DNA of 64,000 bases, taken from IMG/VR virus record IMGVR_UViG_3300028676_000005, positions 165,430 through 229,429 of that record. One strand, 5' to 3'. Each line of letters begins with the position of its first letter. Positions within the stretch are counted from its first letter, which is position 1. The notes beneath the pieces are model-generated. The model saw only the letters and a program-made list of their open reading frames with translations. It was not told the origin of the DNA and did not search any database. Positions 27,711-37,770 of this stretch are shown here, one piece after another. The position numbers and the translations under genes were made by a program.

Positions 27711-28781
27711 ATGGCTGATAATCCGCTTAACGGGTGGTTCAACGGGACCCCTGGTAACGTAGCTCCATCTAGCGAACTAGGCAACGGCGGAATCGTCGAA
27801 GACTATTTCGATTACGCCTTCAAGGAAAACGGCGGCCCGGGTTATACCAGTTCGCTCATTAACTTGATGCGTGGAGCTCGTGTGCTGGGTCCAGGGAACC
27901 AATTGGTCCATATGCCCGACGACACCATAGGATTACTTTTCATGAGTCGTCCTTGTCTTAATTTGTCTGATGTAAACATTGCAGAGCATCCGCAACTGCT
28001 CTCATTAATAGATCCTCCTAAAAATAGTCTTAACGCATATGTCAAAGGATTGCTTGATCCGGTATGGGGAAGGTCTAATGGCGGGCAGGTAGAATTCCTT
28101 GATCCCTTCTATCCTTGGATTGCTCCGGTGTCCAATTTGATTAAGGTTGCATCTGGATTTCCTGACGTTAGCTTGGCGGTTAGTCGCTCTACTCCTGGGA
28201 TTCGTAAAGAGGTGTACCAGTATGTTTCTGGCATCCTTAAAGTCTTCTATGACTACGATATGAGCTTTACCTTTCATCCGGTTAAGCACAACTTATTGCC
28301 CTATATCTTTGACGTCTGGAACCACTACATGGACGGCGTGTCCAGCGGTGATGAAAACATGGAGCCTTATGCGGAGGCTTTGATCCAGAATTATCGTGAT
28401 TTCGATTCAACTGTTTTTACGATCATTTTGCAAAAGAACATGCGCAGCATTGCGGGCATTTATAACAACGGCTACGGCTGGGGTAATACTTTTCCGTCTG
28501 GTGCTTTTAGTGTTATCGACCGAACAACTGACAGCTTACGCGGTCAGGGTCAGGATGAACTGTCTATTAACTTCCCCTCGGTTGGTTTCCAATATAACAA
28601 CCTGGAAGTGGTGGACCGATTTAATCGGATCACTATTCAATTCAATCCTAATTTTCATCCATCAGTACGTGAACAGAATTATCGGTTGCTTAGCTTTGCT
28701 GAGTACTTTGCTGGTAACTACCACGCGTATCCATGGATCAATCCATTAAAGATGGAAATGGAATACTGGAGTGCTAAGTAA
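27711..28781 (+). CDS. Virion structural protein (phiKZ gp88-like, tail-tube-like baseplate candidate)
   Basis: 356 aa, LFMSRPCLNLS and SGFPD motifs; divergent two-gene unit. Confidence 0.65.
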   Translation: MADNPLNGWFNGTPGNVAPSSELGNGGIVEDYFDYAFKENGGPGYTSSLINLMRGARVLGPGNQLVHMPDDTIGLLFMSRPCLNLSDVNIAEHPQLLSLIDPPKNSLNAYVKGLLDPVWGRSNGGQVEFLDPFYPWIAPVSNLIKVASGFPDVSLAVSRSTPGIRKEVYQYVSGILKVFYDYDMSFTFHPVKHNLLPYIFDVWNHYMDGVSSGDENMEPYAEALIQNYRDFDSTVFTIILQKNMRSIAGIYNNGYGWGNTFPSGAFSVIDRTTDSLRGQGQDELSINFPSVGFQYNNLEVVDRFNRITIQFNPNFHPSVREQNYRLLSFAEYFAGNYHAYPWINPLKMEMEYWSAK

Positions 28782-31726
28782 TGACCATTGAACAAGATCG
28801 TTTAATTGCTCTGGCGGATAACCCAGAGAGTGGTATCGATCAGCTCATCAACGAAATTGAAAACAACTGGTTTGACCGTAAGGTCAAGTTAAACAGTAAG
28901 ACCCACCCGGCCATTTTTGCTGCTGACCTTATCTTGGGTACTTCCTACGGGTTTCTTAACCGTGTGGATGATTCCATCAGCAAGGTTTTTGCGTCACACG
29001 CCAGGAACATTACCGACATTGCCAAGCACATGGGTGATGAAGAAAAGATTGGCTTGTTTGGTAATCCGAGTTCCTGTACGTTGGTACTGGGTATCCAGCT
29101 GGAGGCCTTTAACAGTCTCGCTAAGGATATGACGGTTACTGTTGGTAAGGTAACTACCACGTATAAAGTTCTTTTGTTTCCTAAGGACACAGAGGTTACT
29201 TTTAGCGGCTTTACCTTTGCCATTGAGAATGGTGTGCAGATTCGTTACAGTGATAGCTCTGGCTATCAAGTTCTTTATGACGAAAGCACGCCAAACCCAC
29301 AGGCCCCTATCAACGACAACGTTTTGCAGAAAGACTTCCGTGATACAGGTAACGGTAAACGTTTCTTGACTATTATGGTACCTTCTCGTCAGTTGAAATG
29401 CTTGGTTAACGAAGGCATCACTTCTAACGCGTCGTCTGGTTGCTCCGGTACTGTTAGCTATGGTGATAACCTGTATAACGTGCGGGCATTCTTGCGCCAG
29501 TCTAACTCCAACGTTATTCAAGAAATCCCTGTGTCGTTTGACCAGTATGTGTTTAACCAAAACCGAGTAACATTGGCGCTTGATGTAGACACGACTAGTC
29601 GGACGTTTAACTACGCCATCCCTGACGTGTATATTCAGAATGGCAGCGGTGTTGGTACATTGAGCATCTATACCTACGTTACTAAAGGTGTGGTCGATAA
29701 AGACTTCCGACAAGTCCCTCTTAACGAGGTGGCAGTTAACTACGCGGACTATCGCTTTGGTAGCGGGCGGCTGGGTCCTTACTCAGAAGGGCTGCGTAAC
29801 TCTGGGGCAATTGCCTGGAGCGTCTTTGATCGCACACGAGGCGGTTCTAACCCACGCCCGTTCTCTGCTATTAAGGAAAGCTTTATTAATGGCCAGCGTG
29901 TTCGTAATCTCCCCATCACTGAGAACAACCTTAGCGGTGTGGTAAACAATTACGGATACGACTCGGTTAAGTCAATTGACTTCATTACAGGTCGCCAGTA
30001 CGCTCTCACTAAAGAGCTTGCTAAGCAGACCAACAAGAACTTCTTCTCACCAATGGCATGCTTTGTTGGTAGCCATCTCACCTCGATTAATAACCTGGTG
30101 GGTAGTGGTGTTGTTCTTGATAACGGTAAGCGGGTTACTATTCCGCACAACGTACTGTTTGATGTGTCCGATTACACCACGCAACTGGTATCGTCCACAT
30201 TAAAAGAAAAGTACCTTGGTCTAGGTAATGAGGAATTGGTGGATTTAGTAGCCAACAAGACCTTGGTGTACACTCCGTTTTATTACGTGATGGACACCAC
30301 CAACAACCAGGCCGTGTTGCGCACTTACCATCTGGATGCTCCAACATTCCAGTATCAAAAGTTTGTTCAGGAAAACCCTGCTCTTGGCATCGACCTGTCT
30401 ATTGGACAGATTGATATGGTTCACCAAGATGACGGCTACCTTATTACTGTGGTTACCAAGTCTAGCAAAAGCTACAAGGACTTTGATAACTCAGAAGTTG
30501 GTGCGCAAATGTCGATGAACATTGTTGACTCTGTTGCATTGGCTAGCGTGCCTGGTGTGTTCTTTGGTATTGACCAAAATGGCGAGCGTATCTTCCAGTT
30601 TAAGTTGGACACTAAGTTTGACTTGGACGTTAGCGATATTCTTTACATTAACGGCATGACAATGTTTGGTCAGCCTCAGGTCAGTGTCGGTACTTCACTC
30701 GATACGTTGTTTACCTTTATCTTTACCATGGCTGGTGACCCTCGTCAAACAGACACCACTTCGGATAAGAAGATTGAGCAGTCGTTGTTCCCTAGCTCGC
30801 AAATTGCGATCATTGAGACTTCGTATGCTGTTAGCATTGGTAAACGTCTGGCTAACCTGTACAGCCGGATTCGTCCGCTGGTTGGTGAAGGTCAGTATCA
30901 GCATTACAATCAGGACATTCCTGAGCGTTACGCTGCTAACGTCATGGAGACCGATCCAGAGACGGGTAACTTGGTTTTTGATGAACAGGGTAACACCATC
31001 ATTAAACATCGCGCAGGCGACCCTGCGTATAACTCTAACGGCACCCCACGTTGGGCATACCGTAAAGGTGACTACGTACTGGATGCCAACGGTAACAAAA
31101 TCCTGGTAGGACCGCGGGAGTTGATTTACCACTTTGACTTCATTGGTTTTGATGGGGCGTTCTTCTTTAGTCGTGACGTTTATGATGCACAGTTTGCTAG
31201 TGCTACTAAAGCGTCGTTGGTTAGCGAAGTTGGTTCTGACATGGATTACTTTGATACGTTGGCTCTGGACCGGACTGCATTGTTCTTCCAGCCACGTAGC
31301 AAGATCGGTGGGCAGAAGGTTATCGTCAACAGTAACTACCAGAAATACTTGCGTCAGGATCTCACGTTCTCCATTGTGTACTACCTGACTCAATCTGGTT
31401 ACAAGAACCAAAACCTCAAAGACGCTTTGATCCAAGCTGCACCACAGCTTATCAACGGTGATCTTGAAGGAGCCACCACAGTGTCTGTTGCTGGGTTGGT
31501 TGATACATTGCGTAAGGCTGCTCCTGCCGATGTAGTGGGTCTTAAACTGAACGCGTTGGCCGGTGATACCACGGTTGACATTATCAGTAGTCAAGATGCA
31601 TTGACTGGGTTCTGTATTCGTAAGCTGTTGAAGTTAACTAGTGACCAGCTGTTGTCTGTTCAAGAGGCCATGGAAGTTTCCTTCATGCCGCACGACAGAG
31701 CAATGGTTGCCATTAGCCCCGTATAA
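28781..31726 (+). CDS. Baseplate wedge-like structural protein (phiKZ gp87-like)
   Basis: 981 aa; YVTKG...RGGSN..F..IK..PITENNL resembles gp6/baseplate-J signature. Confidence 0.7.
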   Translation: MTIEQDRLIALADNPESGIDQLINEIENNWFDRKVKLNSKTHPAIFAADLILGTSYGFLNRVDDSISKVFASHARNITDIAKHMGDEEKIGLFGNPSSCTLVLGIQLEAFNSLAKDMTVTVGKVTTTYKVLLFPKDTEVTFSGFTFAIENGVQIRYSDSSGYQVLYDESTPNPQAPINDNVLQKDFRDTGNGKRFLTIMVPSRQLKCLVNEGITSNASSGCSGTVSYGDNLYNVRAFLRQSNSNVIQEIPVSFDQYVFNQNRVTLALDVDTTSRTFNYAIPDVYIQNGSGVGTLSIYTYVTKGVVDKDFRQVPLNEVAVNYADYRFGSGRLGPYSEGLRNSGAIAWSVFDRTRGGSNPRPFSAIKESFINGQRVRNLPITENNLSGVVNNYGYDSVKSIDFITGRQYALTKELAKQTNKNFFSPMACFVGSHLTSINNLVGSGVVLDNGKRVTIPHNVLFDVSDYTTQLVSSTLKEKYLGLGNEELVDLVANKTLVYTPFYYVMDTTNNQAVLRTYHLDAPTFQYQKFVQENPALGIDLSIGQIDMVHQDDGYLITVVTKSSKSYKDFDNSEVGAQMSMNIVDSVALASVPGVFFGIDQNGERIFQFKLDTKFDLDVSDILYINGMTMFGQPQVSVGTSLDTLFTFIFTMAGDPRQTDTTSDKKIEQSLFPSSQIAIIETSYAVSIGKRLANLYSRIRPLVGEGQYQHYNQDIPERYAANVMETDPETGNLVFDEQGNTIIKHRAGDPAYNSNGTPRWAYRKGDYVLDANGNKILVGPRELIYHFDFIGFDGAFFFSRDVYDAQFASATKASLVSEVGSDMDYFDTLALDRTALFFQPRSKIGGQKVIVNSNYQKYLRQDLTFSIVYYLTQSGYKNQNLKDALIQAAPQLINGDLEGATTVSVAGLVDTLRKAAPADVVGLKLNALAGDTTVDIISSQDALTGFCIRKLLKLTSDQLLSVQEAMEVSFMPHDRAMVAISPV

Positions 31727-31742
31727 AGAAATATAACCTTAC

Positions 31743-31776
31743 CTAACCCCTAGCCCTTTACGGGGCTAGGGGTTAG
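31743..31776. terminator. Bidirectional terminator-like hairpin
   Basis: 14-bp stem CTAACCCCTAGCCC-tttacg-GGGCTAGGGGTTAG between convergent genes. Confidence 0.85.
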
Positions 31777-31787
31777 AGTAGGATTAC

Positions 31788-32525
31788 TTATTCGCCCATG
31801 GGCACTTCAAGAAGGCTGTTAATGTAAACAGCGTACAACTTGACAATCAGCACATCGGACTTGTAACGTTCCAATGCATAAGACATGTCAGCAATGCCAG
31901 TGCGTGAGGTATTACTCTCGCTGATCTCTGTAGACACATGCTCTTTCAAAAGAGTAGTAAAGCCTTCCTTCAGACTAGGGAGGAAATCCGTCATAAACAG
32001 ATAATCACCATCGTCCTCGATATGCTGTACTACTGGAATGTCAGACCAGCACTTGGCTTCACAAAGCTCTTCATAAGAGATACCCGTACAGTTATTCATC
32101 CCCCAGATAAAGAACAACGTGCGTTTACGGAACTCGTTGTAGAAGTCCGCTTTGGCTACGTCATTGGCACTGGCTTCAGAAATGTCGTGCAGTACCTTGC
32201 CCATGGCTCTGGAGATAAACTCGTCACCATCGAACAGGAAGGTTTGTGCCGCATCAGTACGACCAAAGAACTTGTCTACCACGGATTGGGGTAGGTTAGC
32301 CCATTTGATCATGCTTGCGTTAGCAGCCTCATCATAGGTAACAAGACCGGACAACAGGCGCTTACCTTCATGACTGTCACCAAAAATCGACTTGATGATA
32401 GCCCGACCAGCAGCCAAGCTCAAACCCTTGTTGAGTTCGTCCTGGATACTGATGATCGTTTCGTGAGCGTTGTCGATAGAAGCAACAGCGCTCATTGCTT
32501 TAGAGAGCAACTCGTCAATTGTCAT
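31788..32525 (-). CDS. Hypothetical protein (possible head protein)
   Basis: 245 aa, ATGA overlap in head operon. Confidence 0.7.
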   Translation of the reverse strand: MTIDELLSKAMSAVASIDNAHETIISIQDELNKGLSLAAGRAIIKSIFGDSHEGKRLLSGLVTYDEAANASMIKWANLPQSVVDKFFGRTDAAQTFLFDGDEFISRAMGKVLHDISEASANDVAKADFYNEFRKRTLFFIWGMNNCTGISYEELCEAKCWSDIPVVQHIEDDGDYLFMTDFLPSLKEGFTTLLKEHVSTEISESNTSRTGIADMSYALERYKSDVLIVKLYAVYINSLLEVPMGE

Positions 32526-34069
32526 ACTTTCTTACTCCAACCTACTTGCTTGGCAAAGTTGTTAAAGGAGGTCTTAACTTTAGCAACGTCGCCTTCAATA
32601 ACAACATTGAGGTTAGACGACAGCTTCTCCATAAACGTTTCTGCATCAGCTTCTTTAATAAACAACATGGGTGGTGGACGCCCCTTGGAATCGTGCAGAG
32701 GAGAGTGCCCGGCCGCCTTAGCGTCTTTGATGATAGCCATCATCGTGTCGATGTCACCAATCACGCCACTGTAGTAGTAAGCGTAAGTGCGGTTGTGCCA
32801 ATCGATAAGGTTCATTGCCTGACGCTGAACTGTGAGCATGGCCTGAGCAATGCTGTAGCAGAACTGCGAGAAGGTACGAACTTCAATAGTCAACCGCTGG
32901 TAATCAGCCAGCAATTTACGATCGTCAGGAACGTTAGGTGCCTGGAAGAAGTCGCTCATTGCTTTAATCTGGTCGGCATCGTTTTTGTCAATGGCTTTAC
33001 CCAAAGACTTCCAATCGATATTTTCCAGATCAATCTTCTTATCGGCAAGTTCTTGATAACGGCTCTTAAGGATTTGGATACCCAACAAGAGCCCTGGGGC
33101 GTCCTGCTTGATTACCTTAACCTTTTCAGTCTGAAGGGTAGCCTTCAGCTTACCGCGTACCTTGTCGAAGCCGTCAACCAGTTCTTCGTTGGTAAACTCA
33201 ATCTTGTACAAAGTGCTGTAAAGCTTTTGTACAAGTTCGGTCACACCAGTGGTGTCCAAGGACAGACGGGTTTCGTTAATAGCGGCCAGAACACGAACCA
33301 TCTCAGGGGAGTTAAACCCATGCAGAGTTTCACCACGTTGTTTACGAACACGAGTGGCCTCATATTCTTCCTTGATAACTTTCTTGAGGCGAGCAACGGT
33401 CTTGTCAACATCAGCGCTGACTGCGGCCATTTTGCCGCTAGCTTGTTGAAGTAGCGGCAATGCGTTGGTCAGTCCAGTGATAGCGTCTTGGTCTTTTTCC
33501 ATCTTGCTTTTAAGCAGGATGATTTGGAACTTAACGTTTTCACCAGGAGCCAGTTCACCTAAGTACTTCTCGAGGTTGTACTCAGCCTTAGGAAAACCAA
33601 GACCAGCCATGGTGTCGGCAAACTGATCATGAAGATCATCAAGCGATTCATTAATAGCCGCGGTGATGCGAGCACTTTTCTTGAAGCCAAAGAAAGTCTT
33701 GACCGTGTCAACAACCCAGTCAATAACCATACGAATGTATTTGATAATGCCTTCAACCATTCCTTTGAATTTGTCGGCAATATACGAGAACAAACCTTCA
33801 GAGCCTTGAAGTGCGTTACGCTCGGACGGAAATGGGTCATAGGACTCAGTACCGCTAAGACCAAGGTTACGTGCCAGGGCTTTAGACAGACGCTTAAGGG
33901 AGAGTTGTTCAAACCCCTGCATCATGTAAGTGCCTTCGTCCTGGTTAGTTTCCTTGTAGTACTCTTCAAGGTCTATACGCTGCTTACCGTCACCAGGGAT
34001 ATAGGAGTCAGTTGGAGCAGAGTTACCAAGTTGTTTATATCCATCGAGTGCCTCGGAAGGCTTACTCAT
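32522..34069 (-). CDS. Internal head protein (phiKZ gp86-like)
   Basis: 515 aa; GFE/GTE/GSE sites then amphipathic helix. Confidence 0.75.
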   Translation of the reverse strand: MSKPSEALDGYKQLGNSAPTDSYIPGDGKQRIDLEEYYKETNQDEGTYMMQGFEQLSLKRLSKALARNLGLSGTESYDPFPSERNALQGSEGLFSYIADKFKGMVEGIIKYIRMVIDWVVDTVKTFFGFKKSARITAAINESLDDLHDQFADTMAGLGFPKAEYNLEKYLGELAPGENVKFQIILLKSKMEKDQDAITGLTNALPLLQQASGKMAAVSADVDKTVARLKKVIKEEYEATRVRKQRGETLHGFNSPEMVRVLAAINETRLSLDTTGVTELVQKLYSTLYKIEFTNEELVDGFDKVRGKLKATLQTEKVKVIKQDAPGLLLGIQILKSRYQELADKKIDLENIDWKSLGKAIDKNDADQIKAMSDFFQAPNVPDDRKLLADYQRLTIEVRTFSQFCYSIAQAMLTVQRQAMNLIDWHNRTYAYYYSGVIGDIDTMMAIIKDAKAAGHSPLHDSKGRPPPMLFIKEADAETFMEKLSSNLNVVIEGDVAKVKTSFNNFAKQVGWSKKV

Positions 34070-34463
34070 GACCGGAGTCCAACTCTTTGACCAGGTAGCC
34101 GACCAGAACAGGGAATGACGCCATGTTGCTTACGTCAATACCGCTTTCGCTGACGCTGGTAAAGCGTTTAGAGCAAGGCAGTGCACCGGAGCTTGCCATG
34201 GTACCCAATACCAGATTAACACGCGTCAGCACGGTCTGGTGGATCAGAGGAGCATTGATCGGCGAAACAGTGTTCCACTTGTCCAGCTGTTTCCAGAACT
34301 TTTTATCGTTCTCTTCACTGAGGCTACCGCCAGCAGCAAAGATCATCGAGCAACCTGCACGGATGTAGGCTTCGCTAAGCAGCGAGCTTTGCTCGAATGG
34401 GCACAGAACACCGGCTTCGGTCAGTTCTGCTTTTACGTCCAGTGCGTGGGCGAGATGAGACAT
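34062..34463 (-). CDS. Small virion protein (phiKZ gp85-like)
   Basis: 133 aa, AGGAG SD, synteny. Confidence 0.65.
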   Translation of the reverse strand: MSHLAHALDVKAELTEAGVLCPFEQSSLLSEAYIRAGCSMIFAAGGSLSEENDKKFWKQLDKWNTVSPINAPLIHQTVLTRVNLVLGTMASSGALPCSKRFTSVSESGIDVSNMASFPVLVGYLVKELDSGHE

Positions 34464-34475
34464 GGGTGTAACTCC

Positions 34476-35840
34476 TTATACTAAAGTTTGTAGACGAGCA
34501 GACAATACGTTCAGCTCACTGTTAAGAAGAGCCTGTGTAAAGTGCTCGGTTTCGGTTTTCTTGAAATCGTTACCACTAAACAAAGAACCAAAGAAACGAC
34601 GAATAACGTTATTCTCGTACCATGGTTTAAGTTCAGCATTAATAGACAGAAACTTTTCAATGTCGGTAATGAGTTGAGATCTCTCTTTAACCGGCATATC
34701 TTTAACTTCTTTCAGCTTGGCGATCATCTGGCGGACAGCGTCTTCAAAGCGGCGGTGTGGTGCGTTGTATACATCAGCATAACCGATGTAGAAGTACCCC
34801 ATCACAGTGCTGAGCAAGAACGTAATCAACATACAGATCAAAATACCCGGCACACCAAAGCCTAGCACCAACAGCGCAGCAATGGTCGGAGCAAAAGCAA
34901 TAGTCGTAAAGACCGTGCAAAGAATCCCGGCCATCAGACTTGTTAGCGCAATAGTGATAACACCTTGGTCTACAGCGGTACCAACAGCGGCCACCAGAGC
35001 TTTACCACAACCCATACGAATTGCATACAGGTCTGCCACCACTTCACTGCTCATGGTGGTCACACCAATGCTCAGAGCGCGACTACTATTACGGCGAGCA
35101 ACCAACTTGTTAAAGTACATGATCAAACTTTCGTCGGTGTTCTTGCTGGCAATCTCTTTCAGCTCATTGATGCTTTCAGGGGTTTCATGCAGAAGTGCGT
35201 TCATGTCCTGGAGAACTGCGACACGCTCATCATCAAGTTTGCGAGAGCGGAAGAAAGCCAGACCGGCCTTTGCCGTGAAGTTGTCCATAGCCGTGGTAGC
35301 CATAAGTGCACAGCCGCCGTAACAGTGTCCCAGCTCATGGGTAATCCCCGCAGCCAGGAGTTCCTCAAGAGGCGACCCAAACTTTTGAATCTTATCGCTG
35401 GAAAAGGTTGTCTTGATATCAGTCCCGATCTTGAAGGTAATCGGAAGGGTGGCGTAACCACCGTGCACTTTGCCAGTGCGATAATCGACATGACCTTTGA
35501 ACACTTTGTCCTTGCTAGCCACAAACCATTTGTACAAAGTGGTTTCGGTGTTCTTTAACAACGCGTCTACGTTGGCACTGTTAAAAACGTGGTTAGGCGA
35601 AAAGAAGCCAACGTCAACCGCAAGGTTACTACCTTCATGAAATTCGATTTTGATGTTGCTGAAGTTAGTAAACTCTTTAATGATATCTTTGATCTCATTA
35701 GCACAGTTAACTGACAAGGTGCCCTGCTCGTTAATGTTTTCTTTCAGCATGTTTGACAACTTTACATGGAAGTCATCGTTCTGAAAATTAATGAGTTCCA
35801 ACCCTTCAACTCGTCGGGTAAGAAAATCCATGGAAAGCAT
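34476..35840 (-). CDS. Virion protein with zinc-metallopeptidase motif and transmembrane segments (phiKZ gp84-like)
   Basis: HELGH, downstream E-x-x-A-D-x-Y-A, long hydrophobic stretch. Confidence 0.7.
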   Translation of the reverse strand: MLSMDFLTRRVEGLELINFQNDDFHVKLSNMLKENINEQGTLSVNCANEIKDIIKEFTNFSNIKIEFHEGSNLAVDVGFFSPNHVFNSANVDALLKNTETTLYKWFVASKDKVFKGHVDYRTGKVHGGYATLPITFKIGTDIKTTFSSDKIQKFGSPLEELLAAGITHELGHCYGGCALMATTAMDNFTAKAGLAFFRSRKLDDERVAVLQDMNALLHETPESINELKEIASKNTDESLIMYFNKLVARRNSSRALSIGVTTMSSEVVADLYAIRMGCGKALVAAVGTAVDQGVITIALTSLMAGILCTVFTTIAFAPTIAALLVLGFGVPGILICMLITFLLSTVMGYFYIGYADVYNAPHRRFEDAVRQMIAKLKEVKDMPVKERSQLITDIEKFLSINAELKPWYENNVIRRFFGSLFSGNDFKKTETEHFTQALLNSELNVLSARLQTLV

Positions 35841-35916
35841 AGGTAGCCACCTTTTAATTTTTTAACTGGGTCGCTATGAATATAGCGCAAATTCGGCATA
35901 AAATGCAGGATCACTC

Positions 35917-37707
35917 ATGACAACCAATAACACCCCCATTATTGCCAAAGTATGCAAGAGTGCTGGTTATAGTGTGCATAACAAAGATCGCGGTCGTGAT
36001 CTCCTGTGTGCGAAGATTACGAACATCCATGAAGACGGTGGGCGGACTAATTCGTTTATCGCAATCGAGAACTACAAACAACCTTTTTCGATTGTTAAAG
36101 ACTTCAATCGTCAGTTTAAGCAACACAAAGATTACATCAAAGATACCATGGTTCGTGAGTATAACTTACCACGGTGTAAAATTCCTTTTGAGGTTAAGAA
36201 ACAGCTATACGGTGCAGCTGACTATAAAGCCACCATGCGCGATGCAAAGAACGAGCAGTATGTGTTTGGTTTAGACCAAACAACACCAGTTCACTTTAAG
36301 CGTCGGTTCTTTGAGAAGTATGGCGAGTATCAACAGAAAGAAGCTTACACGGTAGCGGCGTTTGACGTTGAGACCGATATGCGTAAACCTGGTAAATCTA
36401 TCATCATGGGTAGCGTCACCATGAAAGAGAAAGGTTACTGGGCTGGATTACGTGGTTGGTATGACGAGGATAGTGATGAAACTATCTTAACCAAGCTTAA
36501 AGAATCAGAAGATAAATATCTTGCTGAACACGTAGCTCGTCGTAAATGCAAAATTGTTTATGAATTGTTTGACACTCCTGGCCAGGTTGCCGCAGCGTGT
36601 ATTGCTAAGTTTCATGAGTGGGAACCAGATTGGGTTGCCAGCTGGAACGCTGCGTTTGATATGGAAGCTTGTGAAGAAGCGTTAGTCGCCGAAGGTTATA
36701 ACCTAGCTGACGTGTATTGTGATCCTCGTGTGCCACCAGAGTTTCGTTCATACCTCTATAACCCTGGTCGTACTCACAAGGTTAAAGAGAACGGTGATCG
36801 TACTCCGCTAGAACCTCAAGAACGTTTTCCATCCATTCAGTGCCAAGCTACTTGGAAGTGGTTGGATGCAATGTCCGGTTACGCAATCAAGCGTTTCTCT
36901 GACGGTAAGTTGGAAAGCTACAAACTGGCAGACATCTCTGTTCGTGAAGGTGTGCCTGGCAAGATCTACACCGAAGAAGGCCGTAAGTGGGGCGAAGGTT
37001 CCGGTCAGTGGCATCGCAACATGCAGCGCGAGTATAAGTATCTTTATTCTTCTTATAACGTCGGTGACAACTGGCCTATTGAAGAGATTAACGAAAAGAC
37101 AAACGACTTGTCGCTGTCTATTCCAATGTTGTTACGTTACTCGGAATACTTCAACTTTGTATCCCAACCTAAGCTCATCTCTGACACGCTTAGCTTTGTT
37201 GCTAAGGAACACGGTTACGTTTGGGGTAGCACTCCTAACAAACGTGATACTTACTTCAGCGATCGTCTACCAACACTCAGTAACTGGATTGCACTGCTCG
37301 ATACCGAGAAGACTGCCGATCTTGGTGCATTCCTGTTTGAAGGTCTTGATGACGTTCGTAGTAATGGTCGAGGCGCTACTTCTGACCTTGACGTTACTGG
37401 TGCGTACCCAACTGCAACTGTTACTGGTAACGTTAGTAACGCGACTACGATGATGGAAGTATATCGTATTCAAGGTGCAGACGCCGATCAGCTTCGTGAG
37501 ATTGCAGTTAACTATGCGAGCAGTCCTTCGGCTAACGCTATTGGTCTGTCGCAACATCTGTATCGTTTCCCATCGGTTGGTCAGATGGTTAACATCTTTG
37601 AGAAAGCTCTTGCTGAACTGGGCCTCGAAGAAGATCTGTACGAACTGCAACAATCGGCTAACGATAAAGAAAAAGACGCTGTAGAAGAAGTTAAAGAGGC
37701 TGCCTAA
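35917..37707 (+). CDS. Split family-B DNA polymerase, exonuclease-containing subunit (phiKZ gp82-like)
   Basis: ExoI FDVET, ExoII WNAAFD, ExoIII YNVGD, motif-A-like DLDVTGAYP. Confidence 0.8.
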   Translation: MTTNNTPIIAKVCKSAGYSVHNKDRGRDLLCAKITNIHEDGGRTNSFIAIENYKQPFSIVKDFNRQFKQHKDYIKDTMVREYNLPRCKIPFEVKKQLYGAADYKATMRDAKNEQYVFGLDQTTPVHFKRRFFEKYGEYQQKEAYTVAAFDVETDMRKPGKSIIMGSVTMKEKGYWAGLRGWYDEDSDETILTKLKESEDKYLAEHVARRKCKIVYELFDTPGQVAAACIAKFHEWEPDWVASWNAAFDMEACEEALVAEGYNLADVYCDPRVPPEFRSYLYNPGRTHKVKENGDRTPLEPQERFPSIQCQATWKWLDAMSGYAIKRFSDGKLESYKLADISVREGVPGKIYTEEGRKWGEGSGQWHRNMQREYKYLYSSYNVGDNWPIEEINEKTNDLSLSIPMLLRYSEYFNFVSQPKLISDTLSFVAKEHGYVWGSTPNKRDTYFSDRLPTLSNWIALLDTEKTADLGAFLFEGLDDVRSNGRGATSDLDVTGAYPTATVTGNVSNATTMMEVYRIQGADADQLREIAVNYASSPSANAIGLSQHLYRFPSVGQMVNIFEKALAELGLEEDLYELQQSANDKEKDAVEEVKEAA

Positions 37708-37712
37708 GCAGC

Positions 37713-37750
37713 TATAACCCCCTACCCCAGTGATGGGGTAGGGGGTTATA
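37713..37750. terminator. Bidirectional terminator-like hairpin
   Basis: 17-bp perfect stem TATAACCCCCTACCCCA-gtga-TGGGGTAGGGGGTTATA. Confidence 0.85.
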
Positions 37751-37770
37751 TGTTTGCGCCGTGGTAAAGC

